A stretch of DNA of 64,000 bases from the IMG/VR virus record IMGVR_UViG_3300044712_000810, positions 248,001 through 312,000 of that record. One strand, 5' to 3'. Below, piece by piece: positions 45,099 to 53,752 of the stretch. How positions within the stretch are numbered: the first letter of the stretch is position 1; every line of letters begins with the position of its first letter. A model generated the notes under the pieces. That model saw only the letters and a program-made list of their open reading frames with translations, was not told the DNA's origin and did no database searches. Position numbers and translations under genes: made by a program.

Positions 45099-45626
45099 AT
45101 GACAACTATACCAAGAGCTGGTGTATATATTGGACGTTTCTGTCCATTGCACCATGGACACATGAAAATAATCGATGAAATGATTAAACATCATGGAATT
45201 GATAAGTGTCTGATTCTTATCGGCAGTTGCAATGCCGACATATCATTCAGAGTATTATTCAAACATAGTGATAGACGTCGTTGGATAAAAAGAATATATC
45301 CAGATCTTAAACAATTAGGATTGCCCGATTATCCCAACGATGATACAGCATGGCTTACACAAGTAGAAGATATTGTATCTCTTGTATTTGGCAAAGAATG
45401 TGAACCTACGTTCTATGGCGGATGTCAAGAAGATATTGAAATCTTTTATGATGCAGGTCATCATGTAAAAATTATTGATAGAATGGAATATCCGGTAAGC
45501 GCAACAAATGTTAGACAATTACTATTAATGAATGAAGATATTAATACGTTAGTCGACACTCGTATTTCGAGTGAAGTTATCGATGTATTTCGAAAACGTA
45601 TGAAAGAACTTGACAAACTACGTTAA
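45099..45626 (+). CDS. NMN adenylyltransferase (Nmnat, NadM/NadR-type)
   Basis: YIGRFCPLHHGH (HxGH), LIGS, VSATNVR. Confidence 0.85.
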   Translation: MTTIPRAGVYIGRFCPLHHGHMKIIDEMIKHHGIDKCLILIGSCNADISFRVLFKHSDRRRWIKRIYPDLKQLGLPDYPNDDTAWLTQVEDIVSLVFGKECEPTFYGGCQEDIEIFYDAGHHVKIIDRMEYPVSATNVRQLLLMNEDINTLVDTRISSEVIDVFRKRMKELDKLR

Positions 45627-45634
45627 CCCAATGA

Positions 45635-45662
45635 GGAGGGGTACTATACCCCTCCTTTTTAA
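45635..45662 (+). terminator. Intrinsic terminator
   Basis: GGAGGGGTA-CTA-TACCCCTCC-TTTTT. Confidence 0.75.
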
Positions 45663-45679
45663 CTACAACCGGAGATACC

Positions 45680-47359
45680 ATGTCTGAAGTGAAGAAGGCT
45701 GAAATCGGAAAGAAGCAGCATCTGCGTGACTCCAAGAAAGTCGAACGCCTGAAGAACGTTCAGTTCGAGTACCATCGTGGTGATCCCTGCATCATCTTCA
45801 AGACCCATGGCGAACCTCAGAAGGTAATGAACTTTGCTCACTTTCTGAACGGCCACGACGAGATTCGTCTCGACGGCATGGGCGAACGCATTCGCGTTCG
45901 TTGCACCGAACAGAACTTTGCAGAGATTCTCGACGAGATCGCCACATGGGATGATGCAACAAAATATTCGGACTATTTCGATCAACTCAAGGTCGAACGC
46001 ACTTCTTTCCAGGAGCGCGTTGAAAAAATCCTAACCCACATCAGAAATCGTGGGCAGATTCAATTCGAGGATATCAATATCCTCCTGAAGAAGGATGTAA
46101 AAGTCCTTCTCAAGACTGGATTCGATACGGTCGAAGGCGGTGTCGTCGTCGATCTGTATCGCCAGACCTCATTCATGGGAGGCCAGTATTGGACCATCCG
46201 CGTCAATCAGATTGAATACGATGGCGGAAAATACCATGAACAGACTCATCATTATTCCATTCACGAATACAATGGATACATGAATATCACGGATCTTCCG
46301 GTCCGTCCCGTCAATGACGAAGAAATGATCTCACTTGAAGAGCGTGGCAAAAAGTTCATGACTTATGCCAACAATGCATCCTACGTTTATTGCGAAGGAT
46401 ACATGTATCGCAAAAGCTGGCTTGGCATCAACAAATGGAACTCCGAAGGGCGTGTCATGATTGACAACGAATCCTTCGGAAAATTCGATTCGAACTACGG
46501 TCGTGGATATCGCGATGATGAACACGGCACCGAAGTCTCCAAAGACATGATTTTCGCTCTTCCTTCCACTGTGAAGGGATACTCGATGAGAATCAAGTAT
46601 TGGGGCGAATTCCGCGTCGATGACCTTCGTCCTATCGAATTCCGCGAGAATGCTTTCGATCTTCTCGTTATGGACAACACCAAAAAGAAACTGGTGCGCG
46701 CTCTTGTCGAGAACAAGGCCACTTTCCGCGATCTGATCTCCGGAAAGGGCGGCGGCACCATCTTCCTGCTCTACGGTCCTCCGGGAACCGGTAAGACCCT
46801 GACCGCAGAAACCGTTTCGGAATTCCTGAAGCGTCCTCTGTACATGGTCAGCGTCGGTGAGCTCGGAACCACCGCAAATGAACTGGAAGCTCGTCTTCGC
46901 GACATTCTGGAACTCGCTACCACCTGGAACGCGATTCTCCTGATCGACGAAGCTGATATCTTCCTGGAGAAGAGAACCACAAACAACATCGAACGCAACG
47001 CCATGGTCGGCATCTTCCTGCGCCTGCTGGAATACTACTCCGGCGTTCTGTTCATGACCACCAACCGTGCGGAAACTCTCGATGAGGCATTCCTTTCGAG
47101 AATCTCCCTCGCCATGCACTATGACAAGCATGACGAAAAGACCCGCATGAAGATCTGGATTTCCCTGCTGTCCGAACAGGGCATCAAGCTGGATTCCCAG
47201 GATCTTGAAAAACTGGCCGTTTACGAACTGAACGGTCGTCAAATCAAAAACATGATCAAAATGGCCATGACTCTCGTCGCAAGCGACGGCGGTCGTGTTA
47301 CCATCGAGGTGATCGAAGAGATCATCAAACATCAAAAGCTCGAAACCAAAAAGAGCTAA
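45680..47359 (+). CDS. AAA+ ATPase with long N-terminal domain
   Basis: GPPGTGKT, LLIDEADIFLEKR, FLRLLEYYSGVLFMTTNR, LNGRQIKN. Confidence 0.9.
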   Translation: MSEVKKAEIGKKQHLRDSKKVERLKNVQFEYHRGDPCIIFKTHGEPQKVMNFAHFLNGHDEIRLDGMGERIRVRCTEQNFAEILDEIATWDDATKYSDYFDQLKVERTSFQERVEKILTHIRNRGQIQFEDINILLKKDVKVLLKTGFDTVEGGVVVDLYRQTSFMGGQYWTIRVNQIEYDGGKYHEQTHHYSIHEYNGYMNITDLPVRPVNDEEMISLEERGKKFMTYANNASYVYCEGYMYRKSWLGINKWNSEGRVMIDNESFGKFDSNYGRGYRDDEHGTEVSKDMIFALPSTVKGYSMRIKYWGEFRVDDLRPIEFRENAFDLLVMDNTKKKLVRALVENKATFRDLISGKGGGTIFLLYGPPGTGKTLTAETVSEFLKRPLYMVSVGELGTTANELEARLRDILELATTWNAILLIDEADIFLEKRTTNNIERNAMVGIFLRLLEYYSGVLFMTTNRAETLDEAFLSRISLAMHYDKHDEKTRMKIWISLLSEQGIKLDSQDLEKLAVYELNGRQIKNMIKMAMTLVASDGGRVTIEVIEEIIKHQKLETKKS

Positions 47360-47407
47360 ACAACAGGGGCCGAAAGGCCCCTTATTTATTTTTATTTTCT
47401 AAATATA

Positions 47408-47418
47408 CATATAGAAAT
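47408..47418 (+). promoter_or_regulatory. Recurrent promoter-like motif
   Basis: CATATAGAAAT, 12 nt before a tRNA. Confidence 0.6.
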
Positions 47419-47429
47419 ATAGTTAATGC

Positions 47430-47505
47430 GCGCCTGTACCTCAATTGGCAGAGGACCCGGCTCATAACCGGAGCGTTCGGGGTTCGAGTCCCTGCAGGCG
47501 CACCA
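47430..47505 (+). tRNA. tRNA with CAT anticodon (Met or Ile2)
   Basis: CCCGG-CT CAT AA-CCGGA. Confidence 0.88.
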
Positions 47506-47526
47506 AACTTTAACAAGGAGACTGTC

Positions 47527-47832
47527 GTGGAGCAATCGCCTTTTATCTTCCTTGCCATCGGTGCAGTAATCGCACTGGCAATCGGCATAATCGAGTCGAA
47601 CCTGCAGAAGTATCGCGGATACGTTTCTCAGGAAATTCGGGAAAACTGCAAGAAAGAAGGCAGATCTGCCCCCGACCTGTCTCATGATTGGCCTGCACTC
47701 CAAAAGGCTGAAGCCGAACGGTGCATGACAATCGCAACAGACGCCAAGAAGAAGGGTCCCTGGGTGAGAACCTGGGAGCGTGACCACGAGAATGGCGGTT
47801 GGAAGAAGGCCACGGTCGCGAAAGCGGCTTAA
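47527..47832 (+). CDS. Membrane-anchored hypothetical protein
   Basis: SD AAGGAG before GTG; N-terminal TM helix. Confidence 0.55.
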   Translation: MEQSPFIFLAIGAVIALAIGIIESNLQKYRGYVSQEIRENCKKEGRSAPDLSHDWPALQKAEAERCMTIATDAKKKGPWVRTWERDHENGGWKKATVAKAA

Positions 47833-47887
47833 CCTAAAAGGCGGGGGACAGGATGTTCCCCGCTGAATTATTTTTACTTGGAGAAAT

Positions 47888-48064
47888 ATGTCACAATCAA
47901 CTGAAGAACTTGTAAATATAGCACATTATCATACAATGAAAGCAAGAATGCATGAACTAACTGCATATTCATATTTAATTCCTGAAAAATTCATTGATGA
48001 GATGATTGACGAATTAGAAAATATAAAAATAAACTTACTTAAACGCAAAATTGAGGACCTTTAA
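47888..48064 (+). CDS. Small protein with K(-7) motif (not in ORF track)
   Basis: 58 aa, SD GGAG; ends NLLKRKIEDL. Confidence 0.5.
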   Translation: MSQSTEELVNIAHYHTMKARMHELTAYSYLIPEKFIDEMIDELENIKINLLKRKIEDL

Positions 48065-48475
48065 ATGTCAGAAAATAAAGAACCAAAACAAGTTATTGTC
48101 ATGCGCAAAGATTTAAATATGCGCAAAGGCAAAATGTGTGCACAAGCAGCACATGCAAGTCTCGCTGTCATTTTAAGAAAGATGGTAGTTGAACAAAACT
48201 ACGACATGGTATCACGCATGTTAGTTACAATAAAAGATAGTCCATTCGATGAATGGTTGACTAATAGATTTAAAAAAGTAGTACTATCATGTGATAGTGA
48301 ACAAGAAATAATCGATATCGAATCAAAATGCAACGAACTTCGAATTCCAAACGCATTAATTACAGATGCAGGTCTTACTGAATTCGATGGAGTTCCAACA
48401 AAAACCTGCATAGCAATCGGTCCATGGGATCCTGATGAAATTGATAAAGTAACTGGAAACTTAAAGTTGTTGTAA
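48065..48475 (+). CDS. pth2: Peptidyl-tRNA hydrolase Pth2 (archaeal/eukaryotic type)
   Basis: KQVIVMRKDLNMRKGKMCAQAAHAS, KKVVL, ITDAGLTEF, TCIAIGP. Confidence 0.92.
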   Translation: MSENKEPKQVIVMRKDLNMRKGKMCAQAAHASLAVILRKMVVEQNYDMVSRMLVTIKDSPFDEWLTNRFKKVVLSCDSEQEIIDIESKCNELRIPNALITDAGLTEFDGVPTKTCIAIGPWDPDEIDKVTGNLKLL

Positions 48476-48476
48476 T

Positions 48477-49016
48477 ATGGAAGAAGTTATAGAATGGGTT
48501 TGTATGACATGGTTAAGAATCTTTGGAAGTAAAAAAACCAAAGAAAATATATATGCTGCTAAAAAATTAAACATGCCCATTGATGGAAGAATTTTTACAG
48601 TTGTAAATGAAGTTTTAGATACTACACTTGAACAACTTTGTACAAAAAAACAAATAACAGCATTCACACATGATAGAAATTCAGGAAATATAAAAGTTAC
48701 ATTTAACGGAAACATAATATTAACTACAATTAAATCATCTGGACGATTTTTATCATATGGAAAAATATTCCGTAATGATAAACAAATTTATGAATGGAAT
48801 TCTAACAATGATGATGGTAATATTTCACCAAGAAATCACTACTTGTTTATAAAAACTTGTAATAATTTTGTGATAAATAATATAGTCGACAATAAAAATT
48901 TTAGTTTAAAAAATTTTGTTAAAATAGAAAATGATACTGAAGTTTTACTTAACATACTTAATGAAATTGACGATGTTAAAATAGAACTACAAAAAAAACT
49001 AATACAGGAGCTATAA
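48477..49016 (+). CDS. Hypothetical protein, paralog of the next gene, K(-7) tail
   Basis: Shared YEWN and NFSL motifs; ends IELQKKLIQEL. Confidence 0.6.
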   Translation: MEEVIEWVCMTWLRIFGSKKTKENIYAAKKLNMPIDGRIFTVVNEVLDTTLEQLCTKKQITAFTHDRNSGNIKVTFNGNIILTTIKSSGRFLSYGKIFRNDKQIYEWNSNNDDGNISPRNHYLFIKTCNNFVINNIVDNKNFSLKNFVKIENDTEVLLNILNEIDDVKIELQKKLIQEL

Positions 49017-49520
49017 GTGTTTAACACTATACGCGAATGGTTTGCACCAAAAAATGTTCTTACTGATAAACGCGCAAGAGAAGCATTAGAATTAACAGGA
49101 AACCTTAATTATCCAATTGATACAACTCTTGATAGTGTTCTTTATAAATTATTAACAACAAGCGCATTAACAGAAGTAAAACAACAACCATATGAAATAG
49201 ATTTTGCATTCTCAAATGGAATTAAGTTTGTTAATGTTTGGAATTCAAATAAATACTATGCATGGTTAAATAAAGGTAAAATCATAAATGAATCTGAAGT
49301 TCTATATGAATGGAATGATTCGTGTGTTACTCCTATAACTATGGCCACATTGAAAGTAAAAATTGCACAATTTTGTGTAGGTAGAATATTATCACATCAA
49401 AACTTTAGTCTAATAAAACATATTGAAAATATTGATAATTTAAACCAATTAACACGAATGTTAGATGAAATTGATGAAGCAAAAATATTATTGCAAAAGA
49501 AAATCATAACAGAATTATAA
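49017..49520 (+). CDS. Hypothetical protein, paralog of the previous gene, K(-7) tail
   Basis: Ends ILLQKKIITEL. Confidence 0.6.
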   Translation: MFNTIREWFAPKNVLTDKRAREALELTGNLNYPIDTTLDSVLYKLLTTSALTEVKQQPYEIDFAFSNGIKFVNVWNSNKYYAWLNKGKIINESEVLYEWNDSCVTPITMATLKVKIAQFCVGRILSHQNFSLIKHIENIDNLNQLTRMLDEIDEAKILLQKKIITEL

Positions 49521-49545
49521 ACAGTTTAACCGGAGTTTAAGATTT

Positions 49546-50628
49546 ATGTATGTAAGTATTGTAAATGGTAAATTTCAATATGATTTAACTAAATTCAATT
49601 CTGAAACAGATTTAGAAAAACAAGAACAAATAGCAATTGAAATAGTAAAAGAAATTTACGATAAAGCATCACAAATACAAAATGAAGGAATTGTTAGTGG
49701 TAATAGAATTATTATCATGGAAGTTTCTCCAGAATTATCACCAGTGTTTCTTAAAACTATGATAAAAAATAGAGCAATATCAGAATTGCATGTTAAAAGA
49801 ATTAAAGCGCATATTGAAAATAACACTTTTAATTTAACTCCACAACCTATCATTTTTGATAGTGATTTTAAATTATCAGATGGACAACATAGACTTCACG
49901 CAATAATCAAATCTAAAAAAAGTATTCCACTCTATATATCATTTATGGATAAAAAGCATTCAGATTTAGAATATCTTGATCTTGGAAAAACAAGAACACG
50001 TTATGCAAACCATCTAATGCATACAAATGGTAATATGCCGTGGGATGAAGATGGTGATAAATTAATAAGCGTATTATATAATTTTTCAAGTGCATCTAAA
50101 AATAAAACACCATTAACATCAAACGGTTTTAGAATTAAACCATTAATGTCATACCAATCATGTATGACAATTTGGAATTATGATACAACTCTATGTGAAA
50201 ATGCCATATCCTATGCAAAAGAAATCAAAGCACAATGTATTGGTAATAATAATCATTTAAGAGTATATACAAATGTTATAGCATTTTCACATTTTATTTT
50301 AAATTGGTCATGTCAAGATAACTATTATCGTCAACATGTAAGAAATAATAAACAAGATGTTGATGATTTCTTTAATACATTATTAAATGGATATGACACT
50401 TCTGGAAGATCACCCTTAAATAATGCCGCATTAAAACTACGAGATGTATTCCTTTCAGGAATTAATGCAAAAGATGATAATCATCGAACATTTATGCAAA
50501 TAATGTTCATTTTTAAATGTTGGGATAATTATAAAAATAAGATAGATACGCCGAATGTAAGTATGTCGGCATTTAATATAAAACATGGCTCTACTGTTGT
50601 ATGGCCAATTATTGATAATTTAATTTAA
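49546..50628 (+). CDS. ParB/Srx-like domain protein
   Basis: QPIIFDSDFKLSDGQHRLHAII; DLGKTR. Confidence 0.7.
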   Translation: MYVSIVNGKFQYDLTKFNSETDLEKQEQIAIEIVKEIYDKASQIQNEGIVSGNRIIIMEVSPELSPVFLKTMIKNRAISELHVKRIKAHIENNTFNLTPQPIIFDSDFKLSDGQHRLHAIIKSKKSIPLYISFMDKKHSDLEYLDLGKTRTRYANHLMHTNGNMPWDEDGDKLISVLYNFSSASKNKTPLTSNGFRIKPLMSYQSCMTIWNYDTTLCENAISYAKEIKAQCIGNNNHLRVYTNVIAFSHFILNWSCQDNYYRQHVRNNKQDVDDFFNTLLNGYDTSGRSPLNNAALKLRDVFLSGINAKDDNHRTFMQIMFIFKCWDNYKNKIDTPNVSMSAFNIKHGSTVVWPIIDNLI

Positions 50629-50679
50629 AAAAATAATACAAAGGCCTTCGGGCCTTTTCTTTTTGTTTGGAGGAAATAT

Positions 50680-51567
50680 ATGGGCGCAAGAAATGAAATG
50701 CTATTAAATATAGCAGATAAAGAATGGGAAGGATTTACACTTCCTGATTTAGATCCAAAACGTCAAGGACGTTACAGAGTTCATATTCCACAACTAATGG
50801 ATCAAATGGAAGAGAATGAAGGAATATGGTGTCGTAATCACTGTTCAAGTGGCAATTTAACACCTAGTAATCGTGGCGTTTATGGTTCCCAGTTACCGTT
50901 ACAACCCAATACAAAAGTAATTGTTAAATTTAGAATGAATAGTTTAAATTCAGGTTATATTGAAAAGATTGTATCTGATAGTGAACCAAATAGTAACGTT
51001 GATGTTGGTAAAAATGAATCAAGTACTCCAGTAATAAGTGAATTTGATAGAGACGAACAATATATAGTAATGAAGACTCCAAAACGATATCAAATCATGT
51101 ATATGAATGAAGATACTAGTACTGATCCAAATACTATCTTTATTGTATTTAATAGGGATAATGGCCCAACATCTGGACGGAGCATTACTAAGTATAGTGA
51201 GGACGGTATTCATCACTATACTAGGAACAATTATCGTGAACGTATTTTACAAGATAAAACAGTTCAAATAGATGAAAATTACATGAACAAAATTGCTGGA
51301 AAAAAGAAAACTAGTATAGGTACTAGTAATCATCTTTCAATCGGTGAAGATAATATTATTGAAATCGGTGGAAAGAAACACGAAAAAATAAAAACTGAAT
51401 ATGTAATTCAAGTTGATGAAATACAAATTCAAGCAAAAAATATAGTATTTAAAGGTTCTGAAAGTATAGTAATTGATGCACCAGTGGTTGCAATAAATAC
51501 TGGACCAAATGATAAATCAGTAGATACACCTGAACCAACACCTATAGTTCCAAAACTGGAGGAATAA
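50680..51567 (+). CDS. Baseplate hub/spike, gp5/VgrG-like OB-fold protein
   Basis: DPKRQGRYRVHIP...IWC; P..NTKVIV.F; beta-helix-like repeats in the C-terminal part. Confidence 0.65.
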   Translation: MGARNEMLLNIADKEWEGFTLPDLDPKRQGRYRVHIPQLMDQMEENEGIWCRNHCSSGNLTPSNRGVYGSQLPLQPNTKVIVKFRMNSLNSGYIEKIVSDSEPNSNVDVGKNESSTPVISEFDRDEQYIVMKTPKRYQIMYMNEDTSTDPNTIFIVFNRDNGPTSGRSITKYSEDGIHHYTRNNYRERILQDKTVQIDENYMNKIAGKKKTSIGTSNHLSIGEDNIIEIGGKKHEKIKTEYVIQVDEIQIQAKNIVFKGSESIVIDAPVVAINTGPNDKSVDTPEPTPIVPKLEE

Positions 51568-51573
51568 AAGAAA

Positions 51574-51600
51574 GGCCGCCGAAGCGGCCCTATTTATTTG
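51574..51600. terminator. Bidirectional terminator between convergent genes
   Basis: GGCCGC-CGAA-GCGGCC flanked by A-rich and T-rich tracts. Confidence 0.6.
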
Positions 51601-51815
51601 TTATAGTGTGCACGACATCTGGCTTTATCTTCTTCTGAGAGGTATTTCCCTTCCCAGTCCAAGATTCCAAGCCGTTTATCTATCGCCCACTGTTCTTCAG
51701 GCGATAACTTCATGAAGTTTGATGGGCGTTCGAATGATTTTTCGAACATTGCACGTTCACGATCATAATCGTGTGGTTTATCACTGTTTAACACTTGTAG
51801 GCACCTCGTGTTCAA
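51594..51815 (-). CDS. Hypothetical protein
   Basis: 73 aa; follows 51781..52032 on the minus strand. Confidence 0.5.
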   Translation of the reverse strand: MNTRCLQVLNSDKPHDYDRERAMFEKSFERPSNFMKLSPEEQWAIDKRLGILDWEGKYLSEEDKARCRAHYNK

Positions 51816-52032
51816 TGATTGTAAATCTACTTATGATGTCTTCGCCATTACCGAATCGTTCCGCAAATGCCTTTTCACTGATTACGGTTATAGTGTATGA
51901 TGCGGTTTTGATGATGATTTCATCAACACCACATTCTTTAAGTCTCTGATCAGCAACAAACTTTAAAAATCCAAGGTCATTTACTAAAGAATCCATGACA
52001 GATACTACTCGATTTTTAATATCCTGAAACAT
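51781..52032 (-). CDS. Hypothetical protein
   Basis: SD AAGGAGG on minus strand; minus-strand promoter motif upstream. Confidence 0.6.
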   Translation of the reverse strand: MFQDIKNRVVSVMDSLVNDLGFLKFVADQRLKECGVDEIIIKTASYTITVISEKAFAERFGNGEDIISRFTIIEHEVPTSVKQ

Positions 52033-52056
52033 GTTTGCCTCCTTGGTTAATGATAT

Positions 52057-52067
52057 ATTTCTATATA
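52057..52067 (-). promoter_or_regulatory. Recurrent promoter-like motif on the minus strand
   Basis: Reverse complement TATATAGAAAT, pointing at the minus-strand genes. Confidence 0.65.
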
Positions 52068-52084
52068 AAAGTGAGGAATATTAA

Positions 52085-53080
52085 ATGGGTTGCTTAATTA
52101 CATCCGGTCAAATATCCGGAAATATGGATATAGATATTAAACATTTAAAGACATTAATCAAATCAAGAATTCAAGATATGGCAATGGGATATCTTGAATC
52201 TCCACTTAACAGAGTAATGACTGGCACCAATGTACTTGGTGGAACAATGAATAGTATTAAAGATGCTATGAGTAATCCACAATTTCCATATATACCAAAA
52301 GATGGTGCTAGTATAAAACAAATGGTTAGAAATTTAGGTCAAGGAATATTACAGAATGGTCAAGGAATGGTTAAAAATATGATAACTTCTGGTATGCAGA
52401 ATATCATAATGCCATTACCCGCAATGGCCATGAATAATTCTAACTTAGCATTTGAAAACGTAAATGCATTCAGAAGTAATGTTAATAATTTACGCATACC
52501 ATTATCCGATAGAACGTCGGCACTTAATTTACCAAAAACAAAAGATGACATGAAGACTTTACTGACTGATATGTTTTGTGGTGGGGCGCAAAATCTACTT
52601 GGAATGTCTGGAAACTTCACTAGTGCAAGTCAATTTGGTAATATTACAGGTATGTTAAATCAAAATATGACACAATCATTAATGTCTGGTGCAATGGGTG
52701 CGCTCGGAGGTCTTGAAGGGAATTTATTAAGTCAAGGCATGGGTATGGAAAAACTTGCACCTATGAGTAAAATTACTAAAGTTCAAGATATGGAAATGAA
52801 TTTAGGTCGTGCACCAACAGATTTTTCAGATACACTTGGAACTGCTGGATTAAAAAGTACAGGTGCTGTTGATTGGGTAAATCCAAATCTACAACCAGAA
52901 AATCCAGTACCGATGAGTCAACAAGTACAAGATAATTATGAAATGGTAAAAGAAGAAATTAATACACATGTTAAAGATTTTGGTGATATGATTGATTCAC
53001 ATAGTGATAAAATGAAAGAGCTTTATTATAATAAAGATTTTAATTTTTCAAATTATCAACAAGAAGTTGACAACTTGTAG
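52085..53080 (+). CDS. Met/Gly/Asn-rich hypothetical protein (possibly virion)
   Basis: 331-aa ORF next to a baseplate-like gene. Confidence 0.5.
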   Translation: MGCLITSGQISGNMDIDIKHLKTLIKSRIQDMAMGYLESPLNRVMTGTNVLGGTMNSIKDAMSNPQFPYIPKDGASIKQMVRNLGQGILQNGQGMVKNMITSGMQNIIMPLPAMAMNNSNLAFENVNAFRSNVNNLRIPLSDRTSALNLPKTKDDMKTLLTDMFCGGAQNLLGMSGNFTSASQFGNITGMLNQNMTQSLMSGAMGALGGLEGNLLSQGMGMEKLAPMSKITKVQDMEMNLGRAPTDFSDTLGTAGLKSTGAVDWVNPNLQPENPVPMSQQVQDNYEMVKEEINTHVKDFGDMIDSHSDKMKELYYNKDFNFSNYQQEVDNL

Positions 53081-53088
53081 GAGTATAT

Positions 53089-53334
53089 ATGGGTAATGCG
53101 GCAAAAAATATTGGATTTGTCTTAAATCAAGCTAAAACAAAAATCATGGGTTTTATGACATGGACATCAAAAGAACCACACAAATTAATGATGTTTAAAG
53201 AATCGTGTTGTTTTTATGTAGATTCAGAGACGAATTTACCAATGGTTAAGTGGGCTGATAGCTCGGGCAAGATATGGAAAGGACAATTACAGTTAAATAG
53301 TATTGTTCCTGATGGTCAAGTTGAGAGTGAATAA
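53089..53334 (+). CDS. Hypothetical protein
   Basis: 81 aa; SD AGGAG. Confidence 0.5.
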   Translation: MGNAAKNIGFVLNQAKTKIMGFMTWTSKEPHKLMMFKESCCFYVDSETNLPMVKWADSSGKIWKGQLQLNSIVPDGQVESE

Positions 53335-53354
53335 TATTTAATATTCATAAGTTT

Positions 53355-53565
53355 GATATAGAAATATTAATGAAAGCTCCGGAGAGGCATCGCCCCACCC
53401 CACGCTGGCCCGGACATGATCTGACGCCATAGCGTAGCTTCGCCACAGCGTAACCCGATAGGCAGATTTGCACACGGGCATCGGCCATCGACGCTAACTG
53501 GCGATCTGGCACATCGCCTCTCCACTCGCTTGAGGGGACCTTCGGGTCCCCTTTCTACTTTTTTT
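53355..53565 (+). ncRNA. Candidate sRNA unit A (promoter, rod-like GC-rich RNA, terminator)
   Basis: GATATAGAAAT; GGAGAGGC/GCCTCTCC and ATCGCC/GGCGAT stems; AGGGGACC-TTCG-GGTCCCCT plus T tract. Confidence 0.5.
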
Positions 53566-53579
53566 GTTTTCTGTATTTT

Positions 53580-53740
53580 GATATAGAAATAGTAAAGTAC
53601 GCATAATGGAAACGCCGGGATGCCTCCTTGGCTCTTGTGGGATTGGCTCACAAGGGTAATAAGGTCCGGTTGATCCATGCGTGGTTGGCGGGGTAGAGTC
53701 TGTATAGATTCCCCCGCTAACCGATATTTATTTTTTTAAT
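53580..53740 (+). ncRNA. Candidate sRNA unit B
   Basis: GATATAGAAAT; nested stems ACGCA/TGCGT, TGGA/TCCA, CCGG/CCGG, CTCTTGTG/CACAAGGG; terminator GGTTGGCGGGG/CCCCGCTAACC. Confidence 0.45.
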
Positions 53741-53752
53741 ATTTACTTGTTT

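Noticed and set aside
46331-47335. 334-aa antisense ORF over the AAA+ gene
   Set aside because: Mirror-frame artefact of a GC-rich gene (few antisense stops); no promoter or terminator context.
53367-53678. Minus-strand 103-aa ORF in the GC-rich intergenic block
   Set aside because: It spans promoter motifs and terminators of plus-strand units and has no SD.
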